A stretch of DNA of 64,000 nt from Candidatus Roizmanbacteria bacterium RIFOXYC1_FULL_41_16 (GTDB taxonomy: Bacteria > Patescibacteriota > Microgenomatia > UBA1406), in contig MGBO01000007.1 in assembly GCA_001788295.1 (NCBI GenBank), positions 14,263 to 78,262 of the forward strand, in the 5' to 3' direction. Positions 56,776-64,000 of this stretch are shown in pieces (positions within the stretch are counted from its first letter, which is position 1; each line of letters begins with the position of its first letter). A model generated the notes under the pieces. That model did not search any database. It was given only the letters and a program-made list of their open reading frames with translations, and was not told the origin of the DNA. A program made the translations under genes and the position numbers.

Positions 56776-57792
56776 ATGTTTAACAAAGCCCGATTAAAAC
56801 TCACCATTTGGTATTTGGTGATTATCTTTGTAATCAGTGGATTATTTAGTGTCGCTTTTTATCATGCCTCTACCAGAGAGATTCAGAGAATTGTTAAGCG
56901 AATGCAAATAGCTCAGGAAGAATGGCAAGGTCGGTTTAGGAATTTTCCACTTTTACCCCCACCTCAAAGAGCCCCGAGTTTAGAAGAGCTACAGCTGGCC
57001 AAACAGCGACTGCTTATGAACCTTGTTTTTATTAATGGAGTTATTCTGGTTATCTCCGGTGGTGTTGCCTATTTTTTGGCAGGCAAAACTTTAAGGCCAA
57101 TCAAATTAATGGTCGATGAGCAGAATCAATTCATTTCTAATTCTTCTCACGAGCTAAGAACTCCATTATCTACACTTCGTGCTGAAATGGAAGGCAATTT
57201 GCTGGAAAAACACATCTCTGATAAACAGGCACGCAAATTGATTAATTCTAATTTGGAAGAAGTCGGCAGAATTCAAAACTTATCAAATAAGTTGTTGCAA
57301 TTAGCCAAGCTTCATTGTTCTTTGCCAATTAAATATACGGACAAACTCAAAATTAAAGAGATCATCGCCTTAGCGGTAAAAAGAGTTCAGATGTTGGCTA
57401 ATGCCAAACAAATTAACTTCCAGCTTAAACTAGATGATTCAATCGTCAAGGGTGATAAAGAAAGTCTTTGTGAACTATTTGTAATTTTGCTTGACAACGC
57501 CATTAAGTTTAACCATAAAAGGGGAACAGTAAGAATCGTTTCCAAAGTAATTGGAGATAAAGTGGTAATTTTGGTAAAAGATCAGGGTATCGGTATTCCT
57601 GAAAAAGACAAAAATCATATTTTTGAAAGATTCTACCGGTCAGACAAATCCAGGTCCCAAACTGAGGGCTTTGGTTTGGGCTTATCTATTGCTAAGCAAA
57701 TTGTTGAGAAGCATAACGGGGTCATTACTGTTAAGAGCAAGATTGGCAAAGGCTCAATTTTCACGATCTCTCTTTCTTTAGTGCAATTTTAA
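56776..57792 (+). CDS. sensor histidine kinase
   Basis: Two TM segments, H-box SHELRTPLSTL, and ATPase G-boxes (DQGIGIP, GFGLGLSIAKQIVEKHNG). Confidence 0.92.
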   Translation: MFNKARLKLTIWYLVIIFVISGLFSVAFYHASTREIQRIVKRMQIAQEEWQGRFRNFPLLPPPQRAPSLEELQLAKQRLLMNLVFINGVILVISGGVAYFLAGKTLRPIKLMVDEQNQFISNSSHELRTPLSTLRAEMEGNLLEKHISDKQARKLINSNLEEVGRIQNLSNKLLQLAKLHCSLPIKYTDKLKIKEIIALAVKRVQMLANAKQINFQLKLDDSIVKGDKESLCELFVILLDNAIKFNHKRGTVRIVSKVIGDKVVILVKDQGIGIPEKDKNHIFERFYRSDKSRSQTEGFGLGLSIAKQIVEKHNGVITVKSKIGKGSIFTISLSLVQF

Positions 57793-57829
57793 GCCATTCT
57801 TAAGATTCCTTTTTTACAATACCTTTACT

Positions 57830-59140
57830 ATGAACAAATTGGTAAGTTCTTGGAAAGCAAGATTAGTCATCTTAGTTGTCGCAATTGGATTTGGTCTTGG
57901 TGCTTGGCAACTGTTTGGCAAAACAAATCAAGCCAAAGTTAGCTACGAAACGATCGTTGCCGAAAAAAGTACATTTATCTCTTCCATCTCAGGTTCAGGC
58001 ATTATTACTTCCGGAAACTATACCAATGTCACTACAAAAACTGCGGGAGTTGTTAGTAAAGTGTATGTTACCAATGGTGACACGGTTACTCAGGGACAGA
58101 AGATTGCAGAAGTAGAACTTGATGATTATGCCAAAGAGCGGCAGTCAGCTGCTTGGGTTGCCTATCTGGAAGCCAAAGAATTATCTTTAGCCGCTGTTAG
58201 CGGTAAATCTGAAGCCGATATCGCCATGTGGCAGGCTCAACAGGCGGTGATTGATGCCCAAGAAGCCCTCGACGACTTAAACAATGGGGGCAACAATCCA
58301 GCCACTGACGAAGAGTATACTGAGAGCGAGCGGGCCATTATCCCTAAAACTTTGGATCAAAAACGGGAAGCTTTTACCGTGGCTGAAGCCAAATATTTGA
58401 ATGCTGATGCTGATATCTCTAACGCCAGTGCCAAAGTGACTGCAGCCTTGAGAGATTATCAAGAGAACTCAGCCACTATTGTGGCTCCTGCTGATGGGGA
58501 GATTACCGATCTGGCACTAGCAGAAGGATTAATTGTGGCCGCTAGCTCCACTACTTCACAAACCAGTGGCGCCACTATTGTTTCTGCTCAGACCGTGGGC
58601 AAGATAAATAATTCCAATGGGCAATTGATCGCCACAGTCAACCTAACTGAGATTGATATTATTAATGTCAAAGCTAACCAAAAAGTCACTCTTACTCTAG
58701 ACGCTTATGAGGACAAAACTTTCACCGGTAAAGTAATGGCGGTGAATACTAACGGAAGTGTTTCCTCAGGAGTGACTTCATATCCAGCCACGATTTTGCT
58801 TGATCCGGTTTCGGTAGAGATTTATCCCAATATGGCAGTTAGTGTTGAAATTATTACCAGCATCATTCCAGATGTGATCGTTCTGCCAGCTGCAGCTGTG
58901 CAACTAATTGGTGGTCAAAATTCAGTTCAAGTGAAAAAGGATGGCGAAGTGGCAACTGTTCAAGTGGAAGTTGGCGATGCCAGCGATTCACAGATAATTA
59001 TAACTTCAGGAATAAGGGAGGGCGATGAGATTATCACCTCAACAATTACAGATAGTAGTGACAAACAAGATGATACCAGTTCGCCATTTAGTGGCACTGG
59101 CGGCGGTAGAGGCGGTTTTGGGGGTGGAGTTCCTTTTTAA
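57830..59140 (+). CDS. HlyD/MacA-type periplasmic adaptor (membrane fusion protein)
   Basis: N-terminal anchor, lipoyl-like GVVSKVYVTNGDTVTQGQKIAEVE, a coiled coil, a beta-barrel and a Gly-rich tail. Confidence 0.8.
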   Translation: MNKLVSSWKARLVILVVAIGFGLGAWQLFGKTNQAKVSYETIVAEKSTFISSISGSGIITSGNYTNVTTKTAGVVSKVYVTNGDTVTQGQKIAEVELDDYAKERQSAAWVAYLEAKELSLAAVSGKSEADIAMWQAQQAVIDAQEALDDLNNGGNNPATDEEYTESERAIIPKTLDQKREAFTVAEAKYLNADADISNASAKVTAALRDYQENSATIVAPADGEITDLALAEGLIVAASSTTSQTSGATIVSAQTVGKINNSNGQLIATVNLTEIDIINVKANQKVTLTLDAYEDKTFTGKVMAVNTNGSVSSGVTSYPATILLDPVSVEIYPNMAVSVEIITSIIPDVIVLPAAAVQLIGGQNSVQVKKDGEVATVQVEVGDASDSQIIITSGIREGDEIITSTITDSSDKQDDTSSPFSGTGGGRGGFGGGVPF

Positions 59141-59151
59141 AAAACAAAGAC

Positions 59152-59826
59152 ATGTCAAAACCAATTATTAGTGTCAATCATTTGTCAAAAGTTTACAAAA
59201 CTGGTGACATTGAAGTCAAAGCGCTGTCAGATGTATCCATTCAAATCAATGAGGGTGAATTCGTGGCGATTATGGGTTCTTCTGGATCAGGCAAATCAAC
59301 GCTGATGCACATCATGGGGGCGCTAGATAAGCCTACGAGTGGTAGTTATCTGTTGGTAGGCCATAATGTGGAGTCTTTGTCAGATGATGAACTGGCAGAA
59401 ATCAGAAATAAAAAGATCGGTTTTGTCTTTCAGGCCTTTAATTTGTTAGCCAGAACCTCGGCTATTGATAACGTTAAGTTACCGATGGATTATGCGGGAT
59501 ATCCGGATAACGAACAAGAACAGCGAGCCAAACAAGTGTTACAAATGGTTGGTTTGGCAGACCGAATGGATCACTCGCCAAATGAACTCTCAGGAGGCCA
59601 GCAGCAACGTGTCGCCATTGCCAGAGCACTGGTAATGAAGCCGGCGATTATTTTAGCAGACGAACCAACTGGCAATATTGCCTCTGTCCAGGCTGAGGAA
59701 ATTATGGATATTTTTCAAAAGCTCAATGATGACGGACACACAATAGTCATGATTACCCATGAAGAAGACATTGCCGAACACGCCAAAAGAATAATCCATT
59801 TATTTGACGGCAAGATAAAAATATGA
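59152..59826 (+). CDS. ABC transporter ATP-binding protein (MacB/LolD-like)
   Basis: [33 protein letters not shown]. Confidence 0.93.
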   Translation: MSKPIISVNHLSKVYKTGDIEVKALSDVSIQINEGEFVAIMGSSGSGKSTLMHIMGALDKPTSGSYLLVGHNVESLSDDELAEIRNKKIGFVFQAFNLLARTSAIDNVKLPMDYAGYPDNEQEQRAKQVLQMVGLADRMDHSPNELSGGQQQRVAIARALVMKPAIILADEPTGNIASVQAEEIMDIFQKLNDDGHTIVMITHEEDIAEHAKRIIHLFDGKIKI

Positions 59827-61046
59827 AATTATCAAAACTCATCAAATCTGGTTTCAAAAATCTCGGAGTCAACAAATTGCGAACAGGCTTGGCGATACTT
59901 GGGATTGTGATTGGAATTGGGAGCGTAATTGCCTTGGTATCCATGGGTGAGGCTAGTAAATTGGCAGTGCAATCTCAAATTCAATCCATTGGTTCAAATT
60001 TGTTAACCGTGTCCCCTGGCTCACAAACCAGTGGCGCTGTGCGAGGGGCTCCGGGTGGTGCCACAACTCTCACAAATGAAGACGCAGAAGTGATCAAAAT
60101 CTCAGCACAGATAACGACGATAAAGAATGTTTCTCCAGAGTATTCTGGCCGTATCCAAGTCATTGCTGGTAGAAATAATAGTAATAGTCAAGTTGTTGGT
60201 GTGGAACCAGCGTATGCGGATGTTCGCAAAATAACTGTCTCTTATGGCGGTTTTATTACCTCACAGCACGTGTTTAGAATGTCAAAAGTGGCCGTACTTG
60301 GGCCCTCAATTGCTGAGGATCTTTTTGGTGAAAATACTAACCCTGTTGGCCAGACTATAAAAATTAACGGTAATGACTTTCTAGTCATTGGCATTACCAA
60401 GGCCAAAGGTGGTTCAGGGCCAACCAGTCAGGATGATCAAATATACATCCCTCTCTCTACCGCTCAAAAACAATTGTTTGGGGTCAAACACCTGACTTCG
60501 ATTGCTCTGGAGGCAACAAGTGAGAATGTGATGACTAAGGCTCAAAATGAAGTGGGTTATTTACTTTTAGCAAGACATAAATTATCAGATCCCGCCGAGG
60601 CAGATTTTCGCATCACTTCCCAAGAGGATTTACTAGATACAATTACTTCAGTTACCGGGACATTTACCACTCTTTTAAGTGGTGTGGCAGCAATTTCTTT
60701 GTTGGTTGGCGGGATTGGCATTATGAATATTATGTTAATGTCAGTCACGGAAAGGACCAGAGAAATTGGTCTTCGTAAAGCCCTTGGTGCCAAAAAGAAA
60801 ACCATTATTCAACAATTCTTAGTTGAATCAATTATTTTGACCTTTATAGGTGGTGTAATTGGCATAATCTTGGGTATTAGCGGTTTTTATGTTTATTCAC
60901 AAGTAAGCGGATCAGTATTTGTGGTAACAGTTCAATCGGTGATATTAGCTTTTGGTGTATCGGTTGGTATTGGCATATTATTTGGTTGGTATCCAGCTAG
61001 GCAAGCGGCTAATTTACAACCAATTGAGGCCTTGAAATATGAATAG
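59823..61046 (+). CDS. ABC transporter permease (MacB/FtsX-like)
   Basis: N-terminal TM helix, a large periplasmic domain, and a C-terminal FtsX-type TM bundle with TREIGLRKALGA. Confidence 0.88.
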   Translation: MKLSKLIKSGFKNLGVNKLRTGLAILGIVIGIGSVIALVSMGEASKLAVQSQIQSIGSNLLTVSPGSQTSGAVRGAPGGATTLTNEDAEVIKISAQITTIKNVSPEYSGRIQVIAGRNNSNSQVVGVEPAYADVRKITVSYGGFITSQHVFRMSKVAVLGPSIAEDLFGENTNPVGQTIKINGNDFLVIGITKAKGGSGPTSQDDQIYIPLSTAQKQLFGVKHLTSIALEATSENVMTKAQNEVGYLLLARHKLSDPAEADFRITSQEDLLDTITSVTGTFTTLLSGVAAISLLVGGIGIMNIMLMSVTERTREIGLRKALGAKKKTIIQQFLVESIILTFIGGVIGIILGISGFYVYSQVSGSVFVVTVQSVILAFGVSVGIGILFGWYPARQAANLQPIEALKYE

Positions 61047-61076
61047 TAATTATAAAAATAAAGGAGGTGATACATT

Positions 61077-61541
61077 ATGAAAAATAATCTTATGGTTACA
61101 GTTATAGTTGCGGTCGTTGTTGGAGGACTTGGTTTTTTTGGTGGGATGCAATACCAAAAGGCTAGTGCTCGACCATCAGCCACAGTGGGACAGTTCCAAG
61201 CACAAAATGGACAAGCTAGGCCCGAAGGTTTTCCAACTCGAGAAGGAACTGGTTCAAAGGGAGGCTCTGGTATAAATCCGGTTAGTGGTGAGATTCTTGA
61301 AATTGATAACAAGACAATAACCATTAAAACTCAGGATGGAAGTAGCAAAATAGTGATTTATTCAGGCTCTACCAATATAAATAAAACCTCTGAAGGTTCA
61401 ATGGATGATTTGCAGGTGGGAGAAGAAGTGATGGTGATTGGTACTCAAGACACAAATGGTACTCTAACTGCACAAACAATTTCTATTGGAGGAAGAGGCT
61501 TCCGCGGTATACCAGAACAAGAAATAGACAAAGAGCAGTAA
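61077..61541 (+). CDS. membrane-anchored hypothetical protein with a small beta-barrel-like domain
   Basis: Strong SD aaaggaggtga, an N-terminal TM helix, a Gly-rich linker, then SGEILEIDNKTITIKTQDGSSKIVIY. Confidence 0.6.
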   Translation: MKNNLMVTVIVAVVVGGLGFFGGMQYQKASARPSATVGQFQAQNGQARPEGFPTREGTGSKGGSGINPVSGEILEIDNKTITIKTQDGSSKIVIYSGSTNINKTSEGSMDDLQVGEEVMVIGTQDTNGTLTAQTISIGGRGFRGIPEQEIDKEQ

Positions 61542-61583
61542 TTTACTGCATTGTGACAATCTGATATACTTGCTTCACAATTG

Positions 61584-62507
61584 ATGGTAGAAAAACCTAA
61601 TCCACTACAAACAGACGCTGTTCTTCTTTGTGGCTATGATTTAAAACCTGGATTCAACGGAAAAAACAAATTTTCATTAGAAGTTGGTGGTACTACAGAT
61701 ATATTAGAAAATACTCTTGACGCTCTTGATAATACTCAATTTGTAGATCGTATTTTTGTGGTCACCTCATCGGACAATGTTCAAGATAGATTTGTTGGAA
61801 GACAAAAAGAATATGTGTTAGTTAAGTCTCAAGGTAGTCTAATAAATAACATCGAGGCAGGAATTGAAAAACAGCAACAGCGAGGCGGTAAAAAACACGT
61901 TTTAATGGTTTGTTCTGACTTACCATTTTTGACGAGTCAATCTCTTGACTGGTTAGTTATCAACTCAAGGCCGGATTCAGATAATAAAGGCATAAAAATA
62001 CCTGTTGTTCCTCACACAAAAGTTCAAGAGTTATTGCCAATATACGAAACCTATTACTATCCCATGAGGGAGTTTTCTTTTAAAATGGGCAACAATATTT
62101 ATATAGACATAAATCTACTCAATGAAGAAAGAATAAGACTATTGGTCGATGGTTATAGAAACTCAGGATCTGATAATTATGTGTTAATGTCGTTGCAGAA
62201 AATGGCTTTATTACAAAGATATGGAGGAATCGAGGCAGTTTACACTGTAATGATTAACTACCTTTCCAAACTCCTTCAGATAAAATACGGCACAAAAAGA
62301 AGCGTTCCATTATCAGGGTTGAGGAAAAAAAGTGATTATGAGCGAGTAATATCCCGAATAATTGGACATAAGGCCGAACTTCTTGCGACTCCATTTGTCG
62401 ATATAGTTCTTGATGTCGACAATGCAGTTAGGTTAGGTATCTTCCAACGAGGATATGATCGTATTAGTCAAATAGTTAATAGACAATCTGATCAAACAAT
62501 AATTTGA
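61584..62507 (+). CDS. MobA/CofC-like nucleotidyltransferase-fold protein (tentative)
   Basis: DAVLLCGYDLKPGFNGKNKFSLEVGGTTDILENTLDAL...IFVVTS...LMVCSDLPFLT resembles the NTP_transf_3 pattern, with an extra C-terminal part. TTG at 61581, ATG at 61584. Confidence 0.45.
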   Translation: MVEKPNPLQTDAVLLCGYDLKPGFNGKNKFSLEVGGTTDILENTLDALDNTQFVDRIFVVTSSDNVQDRFVGRQKEYVLVKSQGSLINNIEAGIEKQQQRGGKKHVLMVCSDLPFLTSQSLDWLVINSRPDSDNKGIKIPVVPHTKVQELLPIYETYYYPMREFSFKMGNNIYIDINLLNEERIRLLVDGYRNSGSDNYVLMSLQKMALLQRYGGIEAVYTVMINYLSKLLQIKYGTKRSVPLSGLRKKSDYERVISRIIGHKAELLATPFVDIVLDVDNAVRLGIFQRGYDRISQIVNRQSDQTII

Positions 62508-62735
62508 TCGATTCTATTTTTTTATAACGTTTCATTTGTCTCGGTTATCAGACGCACGGGCTCCAGACCTAGGTGATCCGCCAATTGCAAGAACAGGTAA
62601 TAAGAGTGTAGATTTTATAGCAATGCTAAATAAGCGCAAATTAATACTAAGTGAATTAGACAAAACAGTTTTGAAATAGTCAAAAGCCGAGCCAAGAACA
62701 TCTGAAAGAAGTGTTAGTAACGTAGTTTAGAGAAA

Positions 62736-62763
62736 TTGACATTCTGGTTAAAGATTTTATTAT
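62736..62763 (+). promoter_or_regulatory. promoter TTGACA-N16-TATTAT
   Basis: ttgaca (62736..62741), a 16-nt spacer, tattat (62758..62763). SD-like aagggag/aagggga lies before the ATG at 62793. Confidence 0.55.
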
Positions 62764-62792
62764 CAATCATAAGGGAGTAAAATAAGGGGAAA

Positions 62793-63551
62793 ATGATAGT
62801 CACGCCAATTAAGACCGGTAAGATTACGATCGACAATACCAGTTTGTTCTCTGTTCTTGATCAGCACCTGCCGTCGCTAAAAGAAAAATCGGTGGTGGTG
62901 GTGACGTCGAAAATTGTCAGTATTTGTGAGGGTCGGGTCCAGAGAAAAGTCGGGAACGAAAAAAAAGACGCTTTGGTTATTGCCGAAGCCGAATTGTATT
63001 TGCCAAGGCGGCAAAATCAATACGGCTTTATGATCACAATTAACCAAGGGACGATGATTGCCAGCGCCGGCATCGACGAGTCTAATGGTAATGGTTATTT
63101 TGTGCTCTGGCCCAAAAATCCGCAGAAAAGCGCGAACGATATTCGCCGCTATTTAATCAAAAAGCATCAGTTAAAACATCTTGGGGTAATTATTTCCGAC
63201 AGTCGAATTACTCCCTTACGGCGAGGTGTCACTGGGGTGTCTATTGCCCACAGCGGTTTTCGTTTATTAAATGATTATGTGGGCAAACCGGATATTTTTG
63301 GCCGGATTATGAAGGTGGAGAAAGCCAATATTGCCGATTCTTTGGCAACCGCGGCGGTTGTCGCCATGGGCGAGGGAGATGAGCAGCAGCCACTAGCTGT
63401 AATTGAAGATTTGGACTTTGTTCATTTTCAAGATCATAATCCTACCGCCAAGGAGTTAAAAAATAACCGAACTACGATTGAAACCGATGTTTTTTCCAAA
63501 ATGCTGAAAGCGGTTAAGTGGCAAAAAGGAAAGAAAGGAGTAAAAAAGTAA
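62793..63551 (+). CDS. CofE-like (F420-0:gamma-glutamyl ligase family) protein
   Basis: VVVVTSKIVSICEGR, SAGIDESNGNGYFVLWP, LGVIISDSRITPLRRGVTGVSIAHSGF, AVVAMGEGDEQQPLAVIED. Confidence 0.75.
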   Translation: MIVTPIKTGKITIDNTSLFSVLDQHLPSLKEKSVVVVTSKIVSICEGRVQRKVGNEKKDALVIAEAELYLPRRQNQYGFMITINQGTMIASAGIDESNGNGYFVLWPKNPQKSANDIRRYLIKKHQLKHLGVIISDSRITPLRRGVTGVSIAHSGFRLLNDYVGKPDIFGRIMKVEKANIADSLATAAVVAMGEGDEQQPLAVIEDLDFVHFQDHNPTAKELKNNRTTIETDVFSKMLKAVKWQKGKKGVKK

Positions 63552-64000
63552 TGTTCTGGAAAATAATTATACTAATTATGGCGGTTCTGGCTTTATTGGG
63601 AGTGCTTTGGATTAATGAACGGCCGGTGTCGGTCATTGAAACGCCGGAATCTGAGGTTAAGGTGTTGCCCGCAGAGGTCATTGAGAAAATCGGGCAGGCA
63701 CAATACGATAAGTCGTTTCAAGTGCCAATTCTTTTGTATCACTACGTTGAGTATGTCAAAGACACTAATGATACCATCAGACAATCGCTCAACATCACAC
63801 CGGATATTTTTGAAGAGCAGGTTAAAACCTTATCCGAGGCCGGCTACACTTTTTTGACAATGAGAGAGCTTGGTTTAATTATTGACGACAAGCAGGCGCT
63901 CCCGGAAAAGCCGGTGGTTCTGACTTTTGATGACGGGCACTGGGATATTTATACCGATGTCTGGCCAATTCTCAAAAAGCATCAAGCCAAAATAACCGTC
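63551..64000 (+). CDS. polysaccharide deacetylase (NodB-type), 3' end cut by the window edge
   Basis: Hand-translated; not in the ORF track because no stop is reached. MFWKIIILIMAVLALLGVLW..., YHYV, PVVLTFDDGHWD. The ATG overlaps the upstream TAA (TAATG). Confidence 0.75.
   Translation, partial: MFWKIIILIMAVLALLGVLWINERPVSVIETPESEVKVLPAEVIEKIGQAQYDKSFQVPILLYHYVEYVKDTNDTIRQSLNITPDIFEEQVKTLSEAGYTFLTMRELGLIIDDKQALPEKPVVLTFDDGHWDIYTDVWPILKKHQAKITV

Noticed and set aside
1-64000. A scan for CRISPR arrays, rRNA genes, group II introns/retrons and additional tRNAs.
   Set aside because: By eye I found no regularly spaced short repeats, no rRNA-like conserved blocks, no reverse-transcriptase-like ORFs and no second cloverleaf. 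Visual inspection has limited sensitivity, so tRNAscan, Infernal and a CRISPR finder should confirm this.

Overview
The window is a gene-dense, fairly A/T-rich bacterial segment. Gene content suggests a small-genome, uncultivated CPR/Patescibacteria-like organism, but this is inference only. Most of it is housekeeping: sufB-sufD-sufU, rpsO, pnp, udk, ftsK, a contiguous rpoB-rpoC-rpsL-rpsG-fusA block, tpiA, a UvrD/PcrA-type helicase, the CCA-adding enzyme, recF, and dnaG-rpoD. There is also a seven-gene envelope glycosylation cluster and a two-component system followed by a MacAB-like ABC efflux set.

The clear accessory region starts just after a tRNA-Ser(CGA) gene, at about 49.2-56.0 kb. It contains:
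- a 1.1-kb IS with imperfect terminal inverted repeats, whose zinc-ribbon DDE transposase is out of frame with its ATG at an A8 tract;
- a tandem pair of related bipartite hairpins;
- a tightly packed operon of a small XRE/controller-like HTH, a HEPN-like Ymh/TIGR02391-type protein (RNEKAH motif), an EcoRI-family N6-adenine methyltransferase (NPPF) and a DUF262(DGQQR)-HNH nuclease;
- a second overlapping-gene operon of an XRE HTH, an SDH/Clp-fold serine protease and a small unknown protein, behind a near-consensus promoter.

I rank these two operons as the best candidates for an undescribed defence or regulatory system.

Other items worth a second look:
- a self-contained small-gene cassette flanked by 38-bp direct repeats just after fusA;
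- a lysine-rich PKKV-repeat extension on ribosomal protein S15;
- an archaeal-type UMP kinase fused to a SAM methyltransferase, with a terminator-type leader;
- several apparently leaderless promoter/ATG arrangements, including a short upstream ORF that spans two terminators and overlaps the start of a HIT-family gene.

I saw no rRNA genes and no CRISPR array. All functional calls rest on motifs read by eye from the translations. No database search was run.
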